A stretch of DNA of 63,879 bases, filler included. It is 7 parts of 7 records of this genome, joined end to end, with 100 filler letters (N's around TTAATTAATTAA, not from the genome) between each part and the next. Parts side by side here need not be neighbours in the genome. Positions count along the whole stretch, not along the records: positions 1 to 15,375 come from SRR31156797_33768; positions 15,476 to 26,254 come from SRR31156797_33781; 5 more parts are not named here. The stretch is one strand, 5' to 3'. This document shows, in pieces, positions 9,817-21,212 of this stretch. The position numbers and the translations under genes were made by a program. Position 1 is the stretch's first letter. Every line of letters starts with the position of its first letter. The notes under the pieces are model-generated. The model was not told where the DNA came from, did no database searches, and worked only from the letters and a program-made list of their open reading frames with translations.

Positions 9817-10904
9817 ACGTCTATCCTCCTGCCTATTTTTCCGTCGCCGCGGGCAGCCGATCGCAGGAAATCGGCCACGTCCGCCGGGGTTGGGATGATG
9901 CCGCCGGGCACGCCGTAAAAATTAATTTCGGCCCTGTCGCCCACGGAAATTATCACATCTTCCACCATTTGACCCATGTTCAGCTCGAACACGGCTACTT
10001 TGGATGCTTTTGAAGCCAATTCCCGCAAGGCTGCCATGGGGTAGGGCCACAGGGTAATGGGTCGGAACAGGCCCACATTCAGGCCTTCGGCTTTCAATTC
10101 TTCAATGGCACTTTCGGCAATCCTGGCCGCCGAGCCGTAAGCCACGATGATCATGTCATCGTCGTCCTGGACTTTGGTTTCCCATCTCAATTCATTGGCG
10201 GTGATTTGGTCATATTTTTCCTGCAGGTGCAGGTTGTGTTTGTGGAGTTGGCCATCTTGAAGAAGCATGGAGAAAAGGGCCCGGGGGGGGCGGCCTTTGC
10301 ATCCATCAAGGATATAGTCCTTCTTGGGTAGATCTTCGAGCTCGATAAAATCGGGAAAGACCACGGGCTCCATGACCTGCCCCATCAAACCGTCCCCCAG
10401 CAATAAGACGGGGGTTCGATATTTGTCTGCAATGTCGAAGGCAACGGATGTCAGGTCGGCCAGTTCCTGACAGCCGGCGGGCGCCAGAACCGGGGTGCGG
10501 TAGTCGCCGTGGGCGCCGCCCCGGGTGGCCTGAAAATAATCCGCCGCGGACGGGGCGATGTTGCCCAGGCCCGGGCCGCCGCGCATCATATTAATGATAA
10601 CGGCCGGAAGTTCCTGGCCGGCCATATAACTGATGCCTTCCTGTTTCAGGGAAACCCCGGGCGAAGAAGAACTGGTCATGGTCCGGCCGCCCGCAACGGA
10701 GGCACCAAGGACCATATTGATGGAGGCGATTTCACTCTCCGCTTGTATAAAAGTACCCCCGACATCGAGCATCCTTGCGGAAAGGTACTCGGGCAACTCA
10801 TTCTGGGGCGTGATGGGGTAACCGAAGTAGTAGCGGCAACCGGCTCGGACAGCCGCTTCCCCAACGATGTGGGAACCATTCATTAACATTTTCTCACTGG
10901 GCAC
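9813..10904 (-). CDS. 2-oxoacid:ferredoxin oxidoreductase alpha subunit (branched-chain 2-oxoacid Vor-like)
   Basis: GYPITPQ, QAESEIAS, TSSSSPGVSLKQE, RGGPGLGNI. Probable GTG start at 10904 after GAGG. Confidence 0.92.
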   Translation of the reverse strand: MPSEKMLMNGSHIVGEAAVRAGCRYYFGYPITPQNELPEYLSARMLDVGGTFIQAESEIASINMVLGASVAGGRTMTSSSSPGVSLKQEGISYMAGQELPAVIINMMRGGPGLGNIAPSAADYFQATRGGAHGDYRTPVLAPAGCQELADLTSVAFDIADKYRTPVLLLGDGLMGQVMEPVVFPDFIELEDLPKKDYILDGCKGRPPRALFSMLLQDGQLHKHNLHLQEKYDQITANELRWETKVQDDDDMIIVAYGSAARIAESAIEELKAEGLNVGLFRPITLWPYPMAALRELASKASKVAVFELNMGQMVEDVIISVGDRAEINFYGVPGGIIPTPADVADFLRSAARGDGKIGRRIDV

Positions 10905-11151
10905 GATACACCTCAATCGCTACTTCAGGACAGACCGTGGCGCATTGTTTACACGCGATACATCCCTTTTCGCCTTCTGATACGTTTTCCTTTTCCTTGA
11001 ATCGAGCAGGCGAGTATCCTTTCTTATTGGGGGTCTCGTCCACTTCAATCATGTCACTCGGACAGGTTTCGATGCATATATGGCAACCTTTGCATCGTTC
11101 CCTGCTGATCGTTATTTTTCCTTTTTTCGTCTTTTTTTTCTTTTTTGTCAT
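10894..11151 (-). CDS. 2x[4Fe-4S] ferredoxin (delta subunit)
   Basis: CKGCHICIETCP and CIACKQCATVCP; first gene of the oxidoreductase operon. Confidence 0.92.
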   Translation of the reverse strand: MTKKKKKTKKGKITISRERCKGCHICIETCPSDMIEVDETPNKKGYSPARFKEKENVSEGEKGCIACKQCATVCPEVAIEVYRAQ

Positions 11152-11536
11152 AATCTAATGTCCATATTTTGAGGGCTGATTAAGCGTTTAAACGCAGTTA
11201 ACAGTTTAGGAGAAGCCAATGCCAAAAACCTCTGAAACGAAAATATCTATTTATATGGGGTCATTTTGTCAAGAAAAATCTATTTTTGCATGGAAGTTTT
11301 TCCGAAAAACCATGGGTGAAAGCGGTTTACCCTTGGTCTTAGGTGGAATATGAACCGGTAATTCCATGCCTGTGACGAAGCCGCCTGATCCATTTTTGGA
11401 ACAATGGTTTTTCCTTGACAAACCAGCGCTGCAATATGGTAAGTAGTTCGCTGAAATAGTTGGGCAGGATTCAATCTGGAATCTGTTTGAATTTTGCTCT
11501 TTCATTCACCTACACCATAAAAAAGCGGAACAAACA

Positions 11537-12658
11537 ATGCAACTAACTGAAAAACAGATAGATTATTGTATGGAATGCGGCGTATGCACTGGGAGTTGTC
11601 CGGTAAACAAAGTGCTTCCAACCTTTTCACCGCGGCAGATGATCAAAAAGGCGTTAAGGGATCCGGCCGGAGAGCCATATCTTGACCCCGGTCTCTGGGC
11701 GTGTCTGGGTTGTGCCCGGTGCAGTACAAGGTGTCCGGTTGAAATCGACTTTCCTGAATTTGTTCGGTTTCTCAGACAGAAGGCGCGGGACGCGGGAAAT
11801 CTTCCCCAGGAAAGCCACCATGGGATTATGCAGTGCGTTGCCGAGCTTCAATTGAGCGACCGAACCCAGAATCGCACCGCCTGGGCCGAAGGGGTGGGGG
11901 ATTTCGGGGAAACCGGGGATGTTTTTTATTTTGTGGGGTGCCTCCCTTATTTTGAAGTGGTTTTTGAGTACCTGGAATTGTCCCCGCTGGAGAGTGCGAG
12001 AAGCGTTTTGAAATTGCTGAACCGATTGGGTGTCACACCGGTGATCAGTAATGAAGAGCGGTGTTGCGGCCATGACGCGCTTATAAGCGGAAATGAAGCG
12101 ACATTTAAAAAACTGGCGGAACGGAACCTGGAAGTGATTGCAGCGTCAGGCGCCAAGACAGTCCTGTTCAGTTGCCCGGAAGGGTATGCCACCTTTAAAA
12201 ACCAATATTCAAAACATTTCGGAAGCCTCCCCTTTGAAGTGCTGCACATGACGGAGTTTCTGGCCCGTGAACTGCCCGCATCCGGGTTATCGTTTAAACC
12301 TTCCACAAACGGGGCCTTCACCTTTCACGATCCCTGTCGTCTGGGTAGGGGCGCCGGGATTTACGAGGCCCCGAGGGACCTGTTAAAAAGCATTCCGGAT
12401 GCAACCCTCACGGAAATGGGGCGCAACCGGGCCAACGCTCTCTGCTGCGGCACAAGCGCATGGATGGAGTGTGCCGGCTGCTCCAGGGCCATGCGGCTGG
12501 AACGGCTTCAGGAGGCGATGGATACGGGAAGCCGGACCATGGTCACGGCGTGTCCCAAATGCCAGATCCATTTCACCTGCGCCGGGCGTACGGCGGAGTT
12601 GGATCTCAATATCACGGACATTTATGCCTGTCTTTCGGAGCACCTCAGCGGTGAATGA
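11537..12658 (+). CDS. HdrD-like (Fe-S)-binding protein with two CCG domains
   Basis: [12 protein letters not shown] and [15 protein letters not shown] motifs RCCGH and [19 protein letters not shown]. Confidence 0.88.
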   Translation: MQLTEKQIDYCMECGVCTGSCPVNKVLPTFSPRQMIKKALRDPAGEPYLDPGLWACLGCARCSTRCPVEIDFPEFVRFLRQKARDAGNLPQESHHGIMQCVAELQLSDRTQNRTAWAEGVGDFGETGDVFYFVGCLPYFEVVFEYLELSPLESARSVLKLLNRLGVTPVISNEERCCGHDALISGNEATFKKLAERNLEVIAASGAKTVLFSCPEGYATFKNQYSKHFGSLPFEVLHMTEFLARELPASGLSFKPSTNGAFTFHDPCRLGRGAGIYEAPRDLLKSIPDATLTEMGRNRANALCCGTSAWMECAGCSRAMRLERLQEAMDTGSRTMVTACPKCQIHFTCAGRTAELDLNITDIYACLSEHLSGE

Positions 12659-12699
12659 TGGGCTCTAAATTGCGGAAATGCGGATTGAGGAGTGGTTAT

Positions 12700-15375
12700 A
12701 TGAAATCAGAGAAAGACCAAAAAGTACAAGGTGCCGTGATGGTTGTGGGTGGTGGTATCGCCGGCATGCAATCGGCACTGGACCTGGCGGATGCAGGGTT
12801 TTATGTGCATCTGGTGGAAAAAACGCCGGCCATCGGCGGGGTAATGGCCCAGCTGGACAAGACGTTTCCCACCAATGATTGCGCCATGTGAATTATTTCT
12901 CCGAAACTGGTCGAGGTCGGCCGGCACACCAATATTGAACTTCATACCTGTTCAGAAGTTGATGAAGTGAATGGAGAAGAAGGAAACTTTGAAGTAACCC
13001 TCACCAAGACGCCGCGATATATTGATCCCGATGTGTGTACCGCCTGCGGGGATTGCGTTGAAGTATGCCCTGTTGGGAGACCCAGCGAATACGACATGGC
13101 GCTGGTGGATCGGAAAGCAACTTATAAGCCCTACGCCCAGGCCATTCCCGGTGGCTTTGCCATCGAGAAACTGGATCTGGCACCCTGCAGGGTGGCCTGC
13201 CCGGCCAACCTGAATGTACAGGGGTACGTCCAGATGGTAAAAGAAGGCAAATACCGGGAAGCCATTGAAATCATCATGCGGGATCTGCCCCTGCCGGGTG
13301 TGCTGGGCCGTGTATGCCCCCACCCCTGCGAAAAAAGCTGTAGACGTCTGGAAATGGATGAGCCCATTTCCATACGGGAATTGAAGCGTGTGGCGGCCGA
13401 CCGTACCAATCTTCAAGAAATTCCGGTTCCCGAAATGGTGGCAAAGGAGGAACGGGTCGCTGTTGTGGGCTCCGGACCCGCTGGCTTGACAGCGGCGTAC
13501 TTCCTGGCCCTTGAAGGGTATAAGGTGAGTGTTTACGAGGCCATGCCCGAACCGGGAGGTATGATGCGGTACGGCATTCCCGCACATCGCCTCCCCAGAA
13601 GGGTCCTGGACAATGAAATCGAGAATCTGAAGCGTTACGGCATTGAAATCCACACCGATACGGCCATCGGAAAAGACGTTACCCTGGAGGAACTCCAGGC
13701 CCATGGTGCCAAAGCCGTATTTTTGGGTCCCGGTGCATGGAAGGGCTTGAAACTGCGACTTGCGGGTGAGGAAACGGAAGGTGTTCGGGACGTGACCGGT
13801 TTTTTGACCGATGTGGAACTGGGTAAAATCACGGCGCTTCAAGGCAAGGCCGTTATTGTCGGGGGTGGCCATTCGGCCCTTGATGGTGCCCGGACCGCAT
13901 TGAGGCTCGGGGCCGATGAGGTCCATATTATTTACCGGCGTTCACGGACGGAGATGCTGGCGGAGCCGGAAGAGGTGGAGGAAGCCGAAAAGGAAGGCAT
14001 CAAAATCCATTTTCTGGTGGCGCCCATCGGAATTGCCGAAGAAAACGGCAAAGCAGCGGGTATTGAGTGCATCCGGACCCGCCTGACAGCCGCCGATACC
14101 ACCGGCAGACGGAAACCCATACCCATTGAGGGTTCTGAGTTTTTCATTGAAGCGGCCCACATCATTCCCGCCATTGGACAGGAACCGGATCTCAATTTTC
14201 TGGATGAAAGATTTAATGCGGAAGTGTCCAAATGGAACCTATTAAAAGTAAACAGCGAGACACTTCAAACCAGTATCCCCGGCGTTTTTGCCGGCGGCGA
14301 CGTCATCACGGGCCCTGCCACCGTCATTGAAGCGGTGGATGCCGGAAAGCGGGCGGCCCGGTACATGGTCAAATATCTCCAGGGTGAAGAACTTCCCACC
14401 GAGTGGCAGGATGAACCGCCCATCGGCACCAACTGGGTGGAGATCCCCGACGATGCGCCGACCCTGAACCGGATGCGGGTTCCCACACTGCCGGTGGAGG
14501 AGAGGCTTCCCGGCTTTAAAGAAGTGAGCCTCATGGTAGATGAAGAAACCTGTCGGTCCGAGGCGCAAAGATGCCTCAACTGTGGTGGATGCTGCGAATG
14601 CTACGAGTGCGTGAAAGCATGCAAGGCCCAGGCCGTGACCCTCAAAACCCATGAACAGCGGGTTGAACAGTTGAAGCTCGATGTGGGGGCGGTGATCCTG
14701 TCGCCCGGGTTTAAACCCTTTGATCCCAGCCAGTTCGATACCTATCACTACACCACTTTTCCCAATGTTGTGACCAGCATGGAGTTTGAGCGGATCCTGA
14801 GCGCCACGGGTCCTTCCATGGGTCATTTGCAGCGGCCAAGCGACAGTCAGGAACCTAAAAAGATTGCCTGGCTGCAGTGCGTAGGCTCCAGGGATATCAA
14901 TCGCTGCGATCATGCCTATTGCTCCTCCGTTTGCTGTATGTATGCGGTCAAGGAGGCTGTCATCGCCAAGGAACACTCGGCAGCCGATCTGGATGCGGCT
15001 ATCTTTTTCATGGACATGCGGACCTATGGAAAGGATTTTGAACGGTACTATGACCGTGCCAGGAATGAACAGGGCGTTCGATTTATAAGGTCCCGAATTC
15101 ATTCCGTTTCGGAAGACAGCGAAACCCAAAACCCCATCCTGGAGTATGTGGATGAAAAAGGGGCCCTCAAATCGGAGCAATTTGATCTGGTGGTCCTTTC
15201 CGTGGGTCTTGAAACCCAGGAATCGTTGGTGGAACTGGCCGAAAAACTGGAAGTTGAGCTGGATGCGGACAAATTCGTTGAAACCGGGGTCTTTCATCCG
15301 GTGGAGACGTCGCGACCCGGCGTTTATGTGTGCGGCGCTTTTCAGGAACCCAAGGATATCCCCATTTCCGTCATG
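12700..15375 (+). CDS. hdrA: Selenocysteine-containing HdrA-like (HdrL-type) flavoprotein with inserted pyridine-nucleotide oxidoreductase module; 3'-truncated at contig end
   Basis: ORFs 12655-12891 and 12967-15423 are in the same frame. Reading through TGA 12889-12891 gives [25 protein letters not shown], the conserved HdrA CxxC position. RBS GAGGAG precedes ATG 12700. Later HdrA motif [10 protein letters not shown] is present. Confidence 0.92.
12892..12930 (+). promoter_or_regulatory. Bacterial SECIS-like hairpin
   Basis: CTGGTCG-AGGT-CGGCCGG stem-loop (12907-12924, with G-U pairs) starting 15 nt after the in-frame UGA, with G in the apical loop. Confidence 0.75.
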
Positions 15376-15475
15376 NNNNNNNNNNNNNNNNNNNNNNNNN
15401 NNNNNNNNNNNNNNNNNNNTTAATTAATTAANNNNNNNNNNNNNNNNNNNNNNNNNNNNNNNNNNNNNNNNNNNN
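15376..15475. other. Artificial contig spacer (N-run plus TTAATTAATTAA all-frame stop linker)
   Basis: The same 100-bp N/linker block occurs six times. Confidence 0.99.
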
Positions 15476-15507
15476 GACTGTCAGATCAAGTATGAACCAC
15501 TACAAAT

Positions 15508-15543
15508 AAAGCCCCACAGAGTGTTCTCGCACTGTGGGGCTTT
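15508..15543 (-). terminator. Intrinsic terminator after MCP gene
   Basis: AAAGCCCCACAG-loop-CTGTGGGGCTTT hairpin 11 nt beyond the MCP stop. Confidence 0.75.
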
Positions 15544-15554
15544 ATAATCTTTAC

Positions 15555-17699
15555 CTATTCGTCCTTCAGGTCTTCAACAATGTTTTGCATTGCGGACACC
15601 TGCTCCGCAAGAGATTCAAGTGCCATTGCAAATTCCTGGGCACTGTTCGTTGTTTCTTGCGTTATTGTACTGATTTCTTCAACGGCTCTGTTAATTTCTT
15701 CGGACGTTGCTGACTGCTCTTCTGCCGCAGTGGCAATGCTTTGAATCTGTTCCGCACTATGCTGTGATTCTGAGACAATTTCATGCAGAACACTGCCAGA
15801 ACTTTCAGAGAAGTCGCTGGCTTCCCCTATGCGTTTAAATACAGTCTCCATAGCCCTAATATTCTCTTCGGCAACTCGTTGAATTGCGCCGATGGAATTA
15901 GATACTTCGCCAGTTGCAGACATGGTTTTTTCTGCAAGTTTACGCACTTCATCGGCAACCACAGCAAATCCACGTCCGGCCTCGCCTGCCCGGGCAGCTT
16001 CAATTGCCGCGTTCAGTGCAAGCAGGTTGGTCTGGTCGGCAATATCAGTGATCACGCCTATGATTGCTTCGGTTCCTTTAGCCTGACTGTCCAGCTCTTC
16101 CATATTTTCTTTGAGATTATTAACCTCAGAAACAGTGTTATCAAGTGCGTTTCTGGTTTTGCCTACAACAGTCGCGCCGCTTTCAGCCTTGCCTTGAGCG
16201 TTTGTGCTCGCAGAAGCGGCGTCTCCGGCATTACGGGCTATTTCAAGTACAGTTGCATTCATCTCCTCCATTGCTGTGGCTGTGGAGGAGATTCGGTCGC
16301 TTTGAACTTCAGTTCCCTGCAATAATTCATTGGATTGTGCAGACATTTGCTCAGAAGCAGAAACAACATGTTCCAGCACCTGCTCAACACGGTCAGCTGC
16401 ATGATGCAGTCCTTCGGTTCTGGCCCTGTCCGCTTTTTGCCGTGCTTTTTCAGCTTCGGCAGTAGCCTCTTTTGCTTTTTGAGACTCTTCCTCTGCTTTG
16501 CAGGTTTCATCTTCTGCTTTGAGAATTGTTTTTTTCAACTCTCCAACCATAGCCCGCAATGAATCAGCCATACGGCCAATTTCGTCTTTTTGGGAAATGG
16601 TCAATTTTGCATCAAGATCACCCTCGGCAACACTGGCAGTATATCCGGCAATTTTAAGGATCGGTTTGCTGATCATTCCGCCCAGCAAGAATAAAATGGC
16701 GAGGAGCACAAGAACGGCAACAGCGCTTACTATCATACTATTATGAGCAATAGCGTTGGCCTGAGCTTCAACTTTTTCCATAGGAATAACCAGAGCGAGA
16801 CTCCAAGGGAAATCAGTTTTACCCACTTTGATGGGTGCATAAGTCACATATTCCCGTTTTCCAGTTTCAGGAGAAACGCGGACATATGAATACTCTTGGC
16901 CTCTTTTTACCGCACGTAGGATGTCATGTCTGAGATTCTCACGCATTACATCGTTAAGATTCTTGGCTTGAAGTTCTTCATTTGGGTGGGCGACGATATT
17001 TCCTTTGTTGGTAACAAGAAAAGCGTAGCCTGTTTCAAAAGGTTTGATTTGAAGAACAGTTTCCTGCAAATCATTGAGATAGAAATCAACCCCTACACAC
17101 CCGATATTCCGGCCATTTTTTTTGATAGGATATCCCGTTGAACTGAGCCAGTATGTCTTGTCTCCGACTTTCCACGGGTACGGTTCCGTAAGAGTTTCAA
17201 CATTGCCAGCCATGGGAACTTTAAACCATGCAGCGTTTTCCATCCCTTTGCCACCGGTAAAGCGTTCGGCAATACCGCCGTTTTTGCGGTGATACCAGTT
17301 CAGATAAGTACCGTTATATTTATCCATGTACTCATCTTCACGGCCATCAAATTGGTTTGGAGGAAAGCCGCACCAGATAGCGGCAAGTCCGGGATGGAGC
17401 TTTAAGGTTTTCACTAATACAGAATCGAGGAATTCGCGGTCAGGGATAGGAGTATAGTTCGTACCCATCTCGAACATAGCAGCCAAGGTTCTTGTAGATG
17501 TCAGAGCCTTACTTAAAGTTTCGGAAATTTCATTGCCGTATCCTTTAGCAACCGCCTTTGCATTTGTAGTTGCCTGCTTAACAGCCAAGTCTCTGGCCTG
17601 GCTGGTCATTATCCATGTGCTGGCCATAAGTATGGCAACCACCACGCAGAAAGTCGGGATAATAATTTTAGTTTTTAAACTCCAATCTTTAAATTTCAT
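15555..17699 (-). CDS. Methyl-accepting chemotaxis protein (dCache, HAMP, MCP signal domain)
   Basis: Two TM segments, periplasmic Cache (TEPYPW..., AHP), HAMP DEIGRM, and [38 protein letters not shown]. Confidence 0.96.
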   Translation of the reverse strand: MKFKDWSLKTKIIIPTFCVVVAILMASTWIMTSQARDLAVKQATTNAKAVAKGYGNEISETLSKALTSTRTLAAMFEMGTNYTPIPDREFLDSVLVKTLKLHPGLAAIWCGFPPNQFDGREDEYMDKYNGTYLNWYHRKNGGIAERFTGGKGMENAAWFKVPMAGNVETLTEPYPWKVGDKTYWLSSTGYPIKKNGRNIGCVGVDFYLNDLQETVLQIKPFETGYAFLVTNKGNIVAHPNEELQAKNLNDVMRENLRHDILRAVKRGQEYSYVRVSPETGKREYVTYAPIKVGKTDFPWSLALVIPMEKVEAQANAIAHNSMIVSAVAVLVLLAILFLLGGMISKPILKIAGYTASVAEGDLDAKLTISQKDEIGRMADSLRAMVGELKKTILKAEDETCKAEEESQKAKEATAEAEKARQKADRARTEGLHHAADRVEQVLEHVVSASEQMSAQSNELLQGTEVQSDRISSTATAMEEMNATVLEIARNAGDAASASTNAQGKAESGATVVGKTRNALDNTVSEVNNLKENMEELDSQAKGTEAIIGVITDIADQTNLLALNAAIEAARAGEAGRGFAVVADEVRKLAEKTMSATGEVSNSIGAIQRVAEENIRAMETVFKRIGEASDFSESSGSVLHEIVSESQHSAEQIQSIATAAEEQSATSEEINRAVEEISTITQETTNSAQEFAMALESLAEQVSAMQNIVEDLKDE

Positions 17700-17767
17700 C
17701 GATGTTCCTTTTTATCTCTAGAATATTGTGAGCTTCGACTCATGTTCATAACGCAACTGAATATATA

Positions 17768-18793
17768 TTAAATTCCCTTTCCGAATCCGCAGGCCGGGTA
17801 GCGGCATTCATTGCAACCTTCGCAATATCCGCCGTGACCGAGTCCAATAATGTCCTCGCGGGTTACTTCTTTTCCGGCTAAAATACGGGGTACGATCAGA
17901 TCAAAAATGCTGGCCTTGTAGTACATGACGCAACCGGGAAGTCCTACGATGGGAATATCGCCCAGCTTGGCGTACATGAACATAGCGCCGGGAAAGGTGG
18001 GCGCGCCGTATGTGATTACTTCCGCGCCAGTGGCCCGGATGGATGCCGGGGTCTGGTCGTCGGGGTCCACGGACATACCTCCTGTAACGACGATGAAGTC
18101 CGCGCCTTGCGCGACGAAATCTTCGATGGCTTTGACCGTCATTACCTGTTCATCGGAAACAAGGGTTTGGCCTACGATGGAGCTGCCGTAACTCTCAAAT
18201 TTCTTCCTGACCACCGGGCCGAATTTATCTTTGATGCGTCCGTTGTAGACTTCACTTCCGGTGGTGACGATACCGACTTTGCAGTTTTTGAGTGGTCGGA
18301 CCTGAATGAGGGGGGCGGAATTTTTTAAAACCTGTTCCGCTTCCCTGATGGTATCTTCGTGCACAACCAGCGGAATGACCCGCGTCCCGGCAAGCCCGCG
18401 ACCCTGTTTGACCAACTGGTTGTTATGGATGGTTCCGAAGATGACATCCTGTACTGAATTGAGTTTGAAGAGGGTTTCAGTATCAAGGTCCAGCAGCCCG
18501 TCACAGGCGGCAGTGAAATTGACTTTACCTTCACTGGGGGAACTGAGTTCAATGCCCGGTCCAGAGGCTGCTTCGGCAATGCGGTTTGCAGCATCATCTT
18601 CATGGACATAGCCGTCTTCGGGGTCGAATACGTAAAGGTGTTCTTTGCCGATATCGAGCAGGTTCGGTACATCTTCCTCAGTAACAATATGTCCCCGGCG
18701 GAAGGCTGGGCCTTTATCTTCTCCCGGTACAATGCGGGTTATGTCGTGGCATAGAACTGTGCCGACTGCGTCTTGAACATGTATGGTTTTCAT
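17768..18793 (-). CDS. MoeA-like molybdopterin-binding protein
   Basis: AVGTVLCHDIT, TTGSEV, TGGMSVDPDD.TP, GLPGC and C-terminal CEGCNECRYPACGFG. Confidence 0.88.
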   Translation of the reverse strand: MKTIHVQDAVGTVLCHDITRIVPGEDKGPAFRRGHIVTEEDVPNLLDIGKEHLYVFDPEDGYVHEDDAANRIAEAASGPGIELSSPSEGKVNFTAACDGLLDLDTETLFKLNSVQDVIFGTIHNNQLVKQGRGLAGTRVIPLVVHEDTIREAEQVLKNSAPLIQVRPLKNCKVGIVTTGSEVYNGRIKDKFGPVVRKKFESYGSSIVGQTLVSDEQVMTVKAIEDFVAQGADFIVVTGGMSVDPDDQTPASIRATGAEVITYGAPTFPGAMFMYAKLGDIPIVGLPGCVMYYKASIFDLIVPRILAGKEVTREDIIGLGHGGYCEGCNECRYPACGFGKGI

Positions 18794-18808
18794 GGTTTTT
18801 TAACCTTT

Positions 18809-20371
18809 TTATGATTTGCAGCGTGTTTCAACCCAACCGGTGCGCTGGTATTCTTTTAAGAATGAGGCCACGCCGATGATGACAATGCCGAGTACGGGCA
18901 GACCTACCACGATGGATGCAGTCTGGAGTACTGAGAGAGGTCCGTCGATGAGCATAATTCCGGTGGGGACCATGCCCAGTGATATTGCCCAGAATAATCG
19001 GTTCCAGCGGGCTGGTTCTTCTTCCGGGGAGAGCATAGTGGTGGTTGTGGCGGCTAAGGCAAATGAAACCGCATCAAAGGTGGTAGCCATGGAAATTGCG
19101 GTAACCGTGGCGAAAACCAGCTTGTAGAGCGAGGCAAAGGGCAGGAAATCGGCAATTGCCATGATCACGGTGGCCCCTTTCATCTGGGTGACCATGTTTA
19201 CTGCATCAAGCTGTCCGGTCATTTGCAGGAACAGACCGAAGTTTCCGAAGATGAGATAGAAACAGCCACAGCCGAAAGAAGCGATAATGATCGGTCCAAG
19301 CACTACCTGACGCACGGTGCGTCCGCGCGAAATTTTGGCGATGAACAGACTCATGAACGGGGCATAGGCCACAAACCATGCGTAATAGAAAATAGTCCAA
19401 TCCTGAGTAAAGCATTTACCCCCCACAGGGTCCATCCATGTTGCCATGGTGATGAAGTTAGAGATCAGCAAGCCCATGGAAGAGATTGCCATATCGGTCA
19501 GGAATACAGTGGGACCGGCAATGAAGACGAAAAGCATCAGCCCCATGGCGATATAAACATTGAAATCTGAAAGTTTGCTAAGTCCTTTTTTCAGCCCCAG
19601 ACAGGAAGTTACCGAGAAGATAAGGGTTACCAGAACGAGAATTCCGAATTCCAGCAGGAAGGAATGTTCAATGCCTGTGACTGAAACAACACCGGCGGCA
19701 ACAATGGGAATGCCCAGTCCCAATGCGGTTGCGGAGCCGGCCACCAGTCCGGCCATGAATAGGATATCGATGACCTTGCCCTGCCAGCCGTGAACCTTTT
19801 CACCCAGCAGTCCTTTGCAGGCCTGCGAAATATTCAGGATGGGGACCTTTTTAACGTAGTAGCTGTAGCCGATGGGAATGGCGAGGATAGCGTAGATGGA
19901 CCAGCAGATGGGGCCCCAGTGGAACATGCCGTAGGCGGTGCCCCATTCAGCAGCCTTCCACGATCCGGCAGGTTCCCCGTGCATGGGATAAGCCATGTAG
20001 TAGGCCCAGTCGATGGAACCTCCGAACATGATCCCGGCGCCCACCCCGGCACAGAAGAGCATGCCGATCCATGAGAAAGTGGAGTATTCAATTTTATCAC
20101 CCAGTCGTTTTGAACTCAGAGGGCCGAAGGCGAACCAGAGGATGAGCGAGAAAGCTCCCAATGCGGCGAGCATGTACAGCCAGCCCATTTCAACGGTAAT
20201 GAATTTGAAAAGAGTGTTGATGACTCGCTCTCCCTCTGCGGGGTAAAGCATGAGTGGAATGCAGGTGGCGAGGATGAGTGAAAAGGCTCCGTAAAAACAG
20301 ATTTTGCACACTCCGTTTCTGCCTGTGGGGCAGGGTGCGATGAGATCTTCGGCCTTGTTTTGATGATCCAT
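18809..20371 (-). CDS. BCCT family transporter
   Basis: About 12 TM; EYSTFSWIGMLFCAGVGAGIMF, FHWG, GLSKLSDFN, WTIFYYAWFVAYAPFMSLFIAKISRGRT. Start ATG 20371. Confidence 0.94.
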   Translation of the reverse strand: MDHQNKAEDLIAPCPTGRNGVCKICFYGAFSLILATCIPLMLYPAEGERVINTLFKFITVEMGWLYMLAALGAFSLILWFAFGPLSSKRLGDKIEYSTFSWIGMLFCAGVGAGIMFGGSIDWAYYMAYPMHGEPAGSWKAAEWGTAYGMFHWGPICWSIYAILAIPIGYSYYVKKVPILNISQACKGLLGEKVHGWQGKVIDILFMAGLVAGSATALGLGIPIVAAGVVSVTGIEHSFLLEFGILVLVTLIFSVTSCLGLKKGLSKLSDFNVYIAMGLMLFVFIAGPTVFLTDMAISSMGLLISNFITMATWMDPVGGKCFTQDWTIFYYAWFVAYAPFMSLFIAKISRGRTVRQVVLGPIIIASFGCGCFYLIFGNFGLFLQMTGQLDAVNMVTQMKGATVIMAIADFLPFASLYKLVFATVTAISMATTFDAVSFALAATTTTMLSPEEEPARWNRLFWAISLGMVPTGIMLIDGPLSVLQTASIVVGLPVLGIVIIGVASFLKEYQRTGWVETRCKS

Positions 20372-20396
20372 AGATACTTCCTCTCTTTCAGAACAA

Positions 20397-21212
20397 TTAT
20401 GAAAATGCGAGTTGCATTTCCCGTTCAAGTGGTGTTGCCGGGAAGGTTTGTTGAAGCGTGAAAAGTTCTCTGTTTCTGGTGCTTCCGGCAAACCATTTAA
20501 TATCCGCCCAATGTGTTCCTGCTATAATCCGTGCAAATTCAGTCACCAGCTCCAAGCCTCCGGGACTGTCGGTTTTGTTAAGAAAAACCGCTTTTGGGCA
20601 TCCGGCAGAAACTCCTTTGAATATTCCCATATTGGACTCAGCAAGTTTGATCAGGTGGCGCGGTCTGATCATATCCCCGGTCATTGCTTCGCAGATGGTG
20701 CTGAATATTTTACTGCGGTGTACACAGGCTTCACTTAAGGTTCGGTAAACCGCATCAATACCCATAACCCCGATGCACAGGTCTGTTTCATGCGGGATTA
20801 CAGGTTCGTGTTCAGCCGGAGCTTTCAGCGGTTTACGGGCTGCTCCGTCTCCTTCAACTAGAATGACATCAGCGATCCCGGAGTTGTGCAGTGCGGATAC
20901 GGTTTCCGGGCTAAGTCCCAGCAGCTTTCCGGATTCAGGGTCATAGTCGCGGGCTACGGTAATCCCTGAAACAGCAGCAAAGGCGGTACGGACCCGATTG
21001 AGAAAGTCGGGTCCGTCCGCCTGCAAAATAACATGCCCCTGATCGGGAGGGAGGATCTTCGTTGTCGTCGTGGCTATAACTTTTTTCCCCTCTGTTTTGA
21101 AAAAGGATGCCAGCCAGTTAGACAGCGAAGTTTTTCCTCCCGCTCCGGTGAGGGTGATCAGCCTCTGCTCAGGCTGTATGAGTTCGTTAAGACGGCTGCT
21201 ACCTAAACCCAT
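20397..21212 (-). CDS. yqeC: Selenium cofactor biosynthesis protein YqeC
   Basis: LTGAGGKTS, TTTTKI, VEGDGAARKPLKAPAEHEPVIP. Confidence 0.9.
   Translation of the reverse strand: MGLGSSRLNELIQPEQRLITLTGAGGKTSLSNWLASFFKTEGKKVIATTTTKILPPDQGHVILQADGPDFLNRVRTAFAAVSGITVARDYDPESGKLLGLSPETVSALHNSGIADVILVEGDGAARKPLKAPAEHEPVIPHETDLCIGVMGIDAVYRTLSEACVHRSKIFSTICEAMTGDMIRPRHLIKLAESNMGIFKGVSAGCPKAVFLNKTDSPGGLELVTEFARIIAGTHWADIKWFAGSTRNRELFTLQQTFPATPLEREMQLAFS

Noticed and set aside
11110-11151. Poly-A/Lys run at the start of the ferredoxin gene as a slippage or phase-variation site
   Set aside because: The frame is intact and the runs are interrupted; most simply a Lys-rich N-terminus.
12655-12891. 78-aa ORF as a separate gene, or hdrA as a nonsense pseudogene
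   Set aside because: The stop is UGA at a conserved Cys position, followed by a SECIS-like hairpin and a conserved in-frame continuation.
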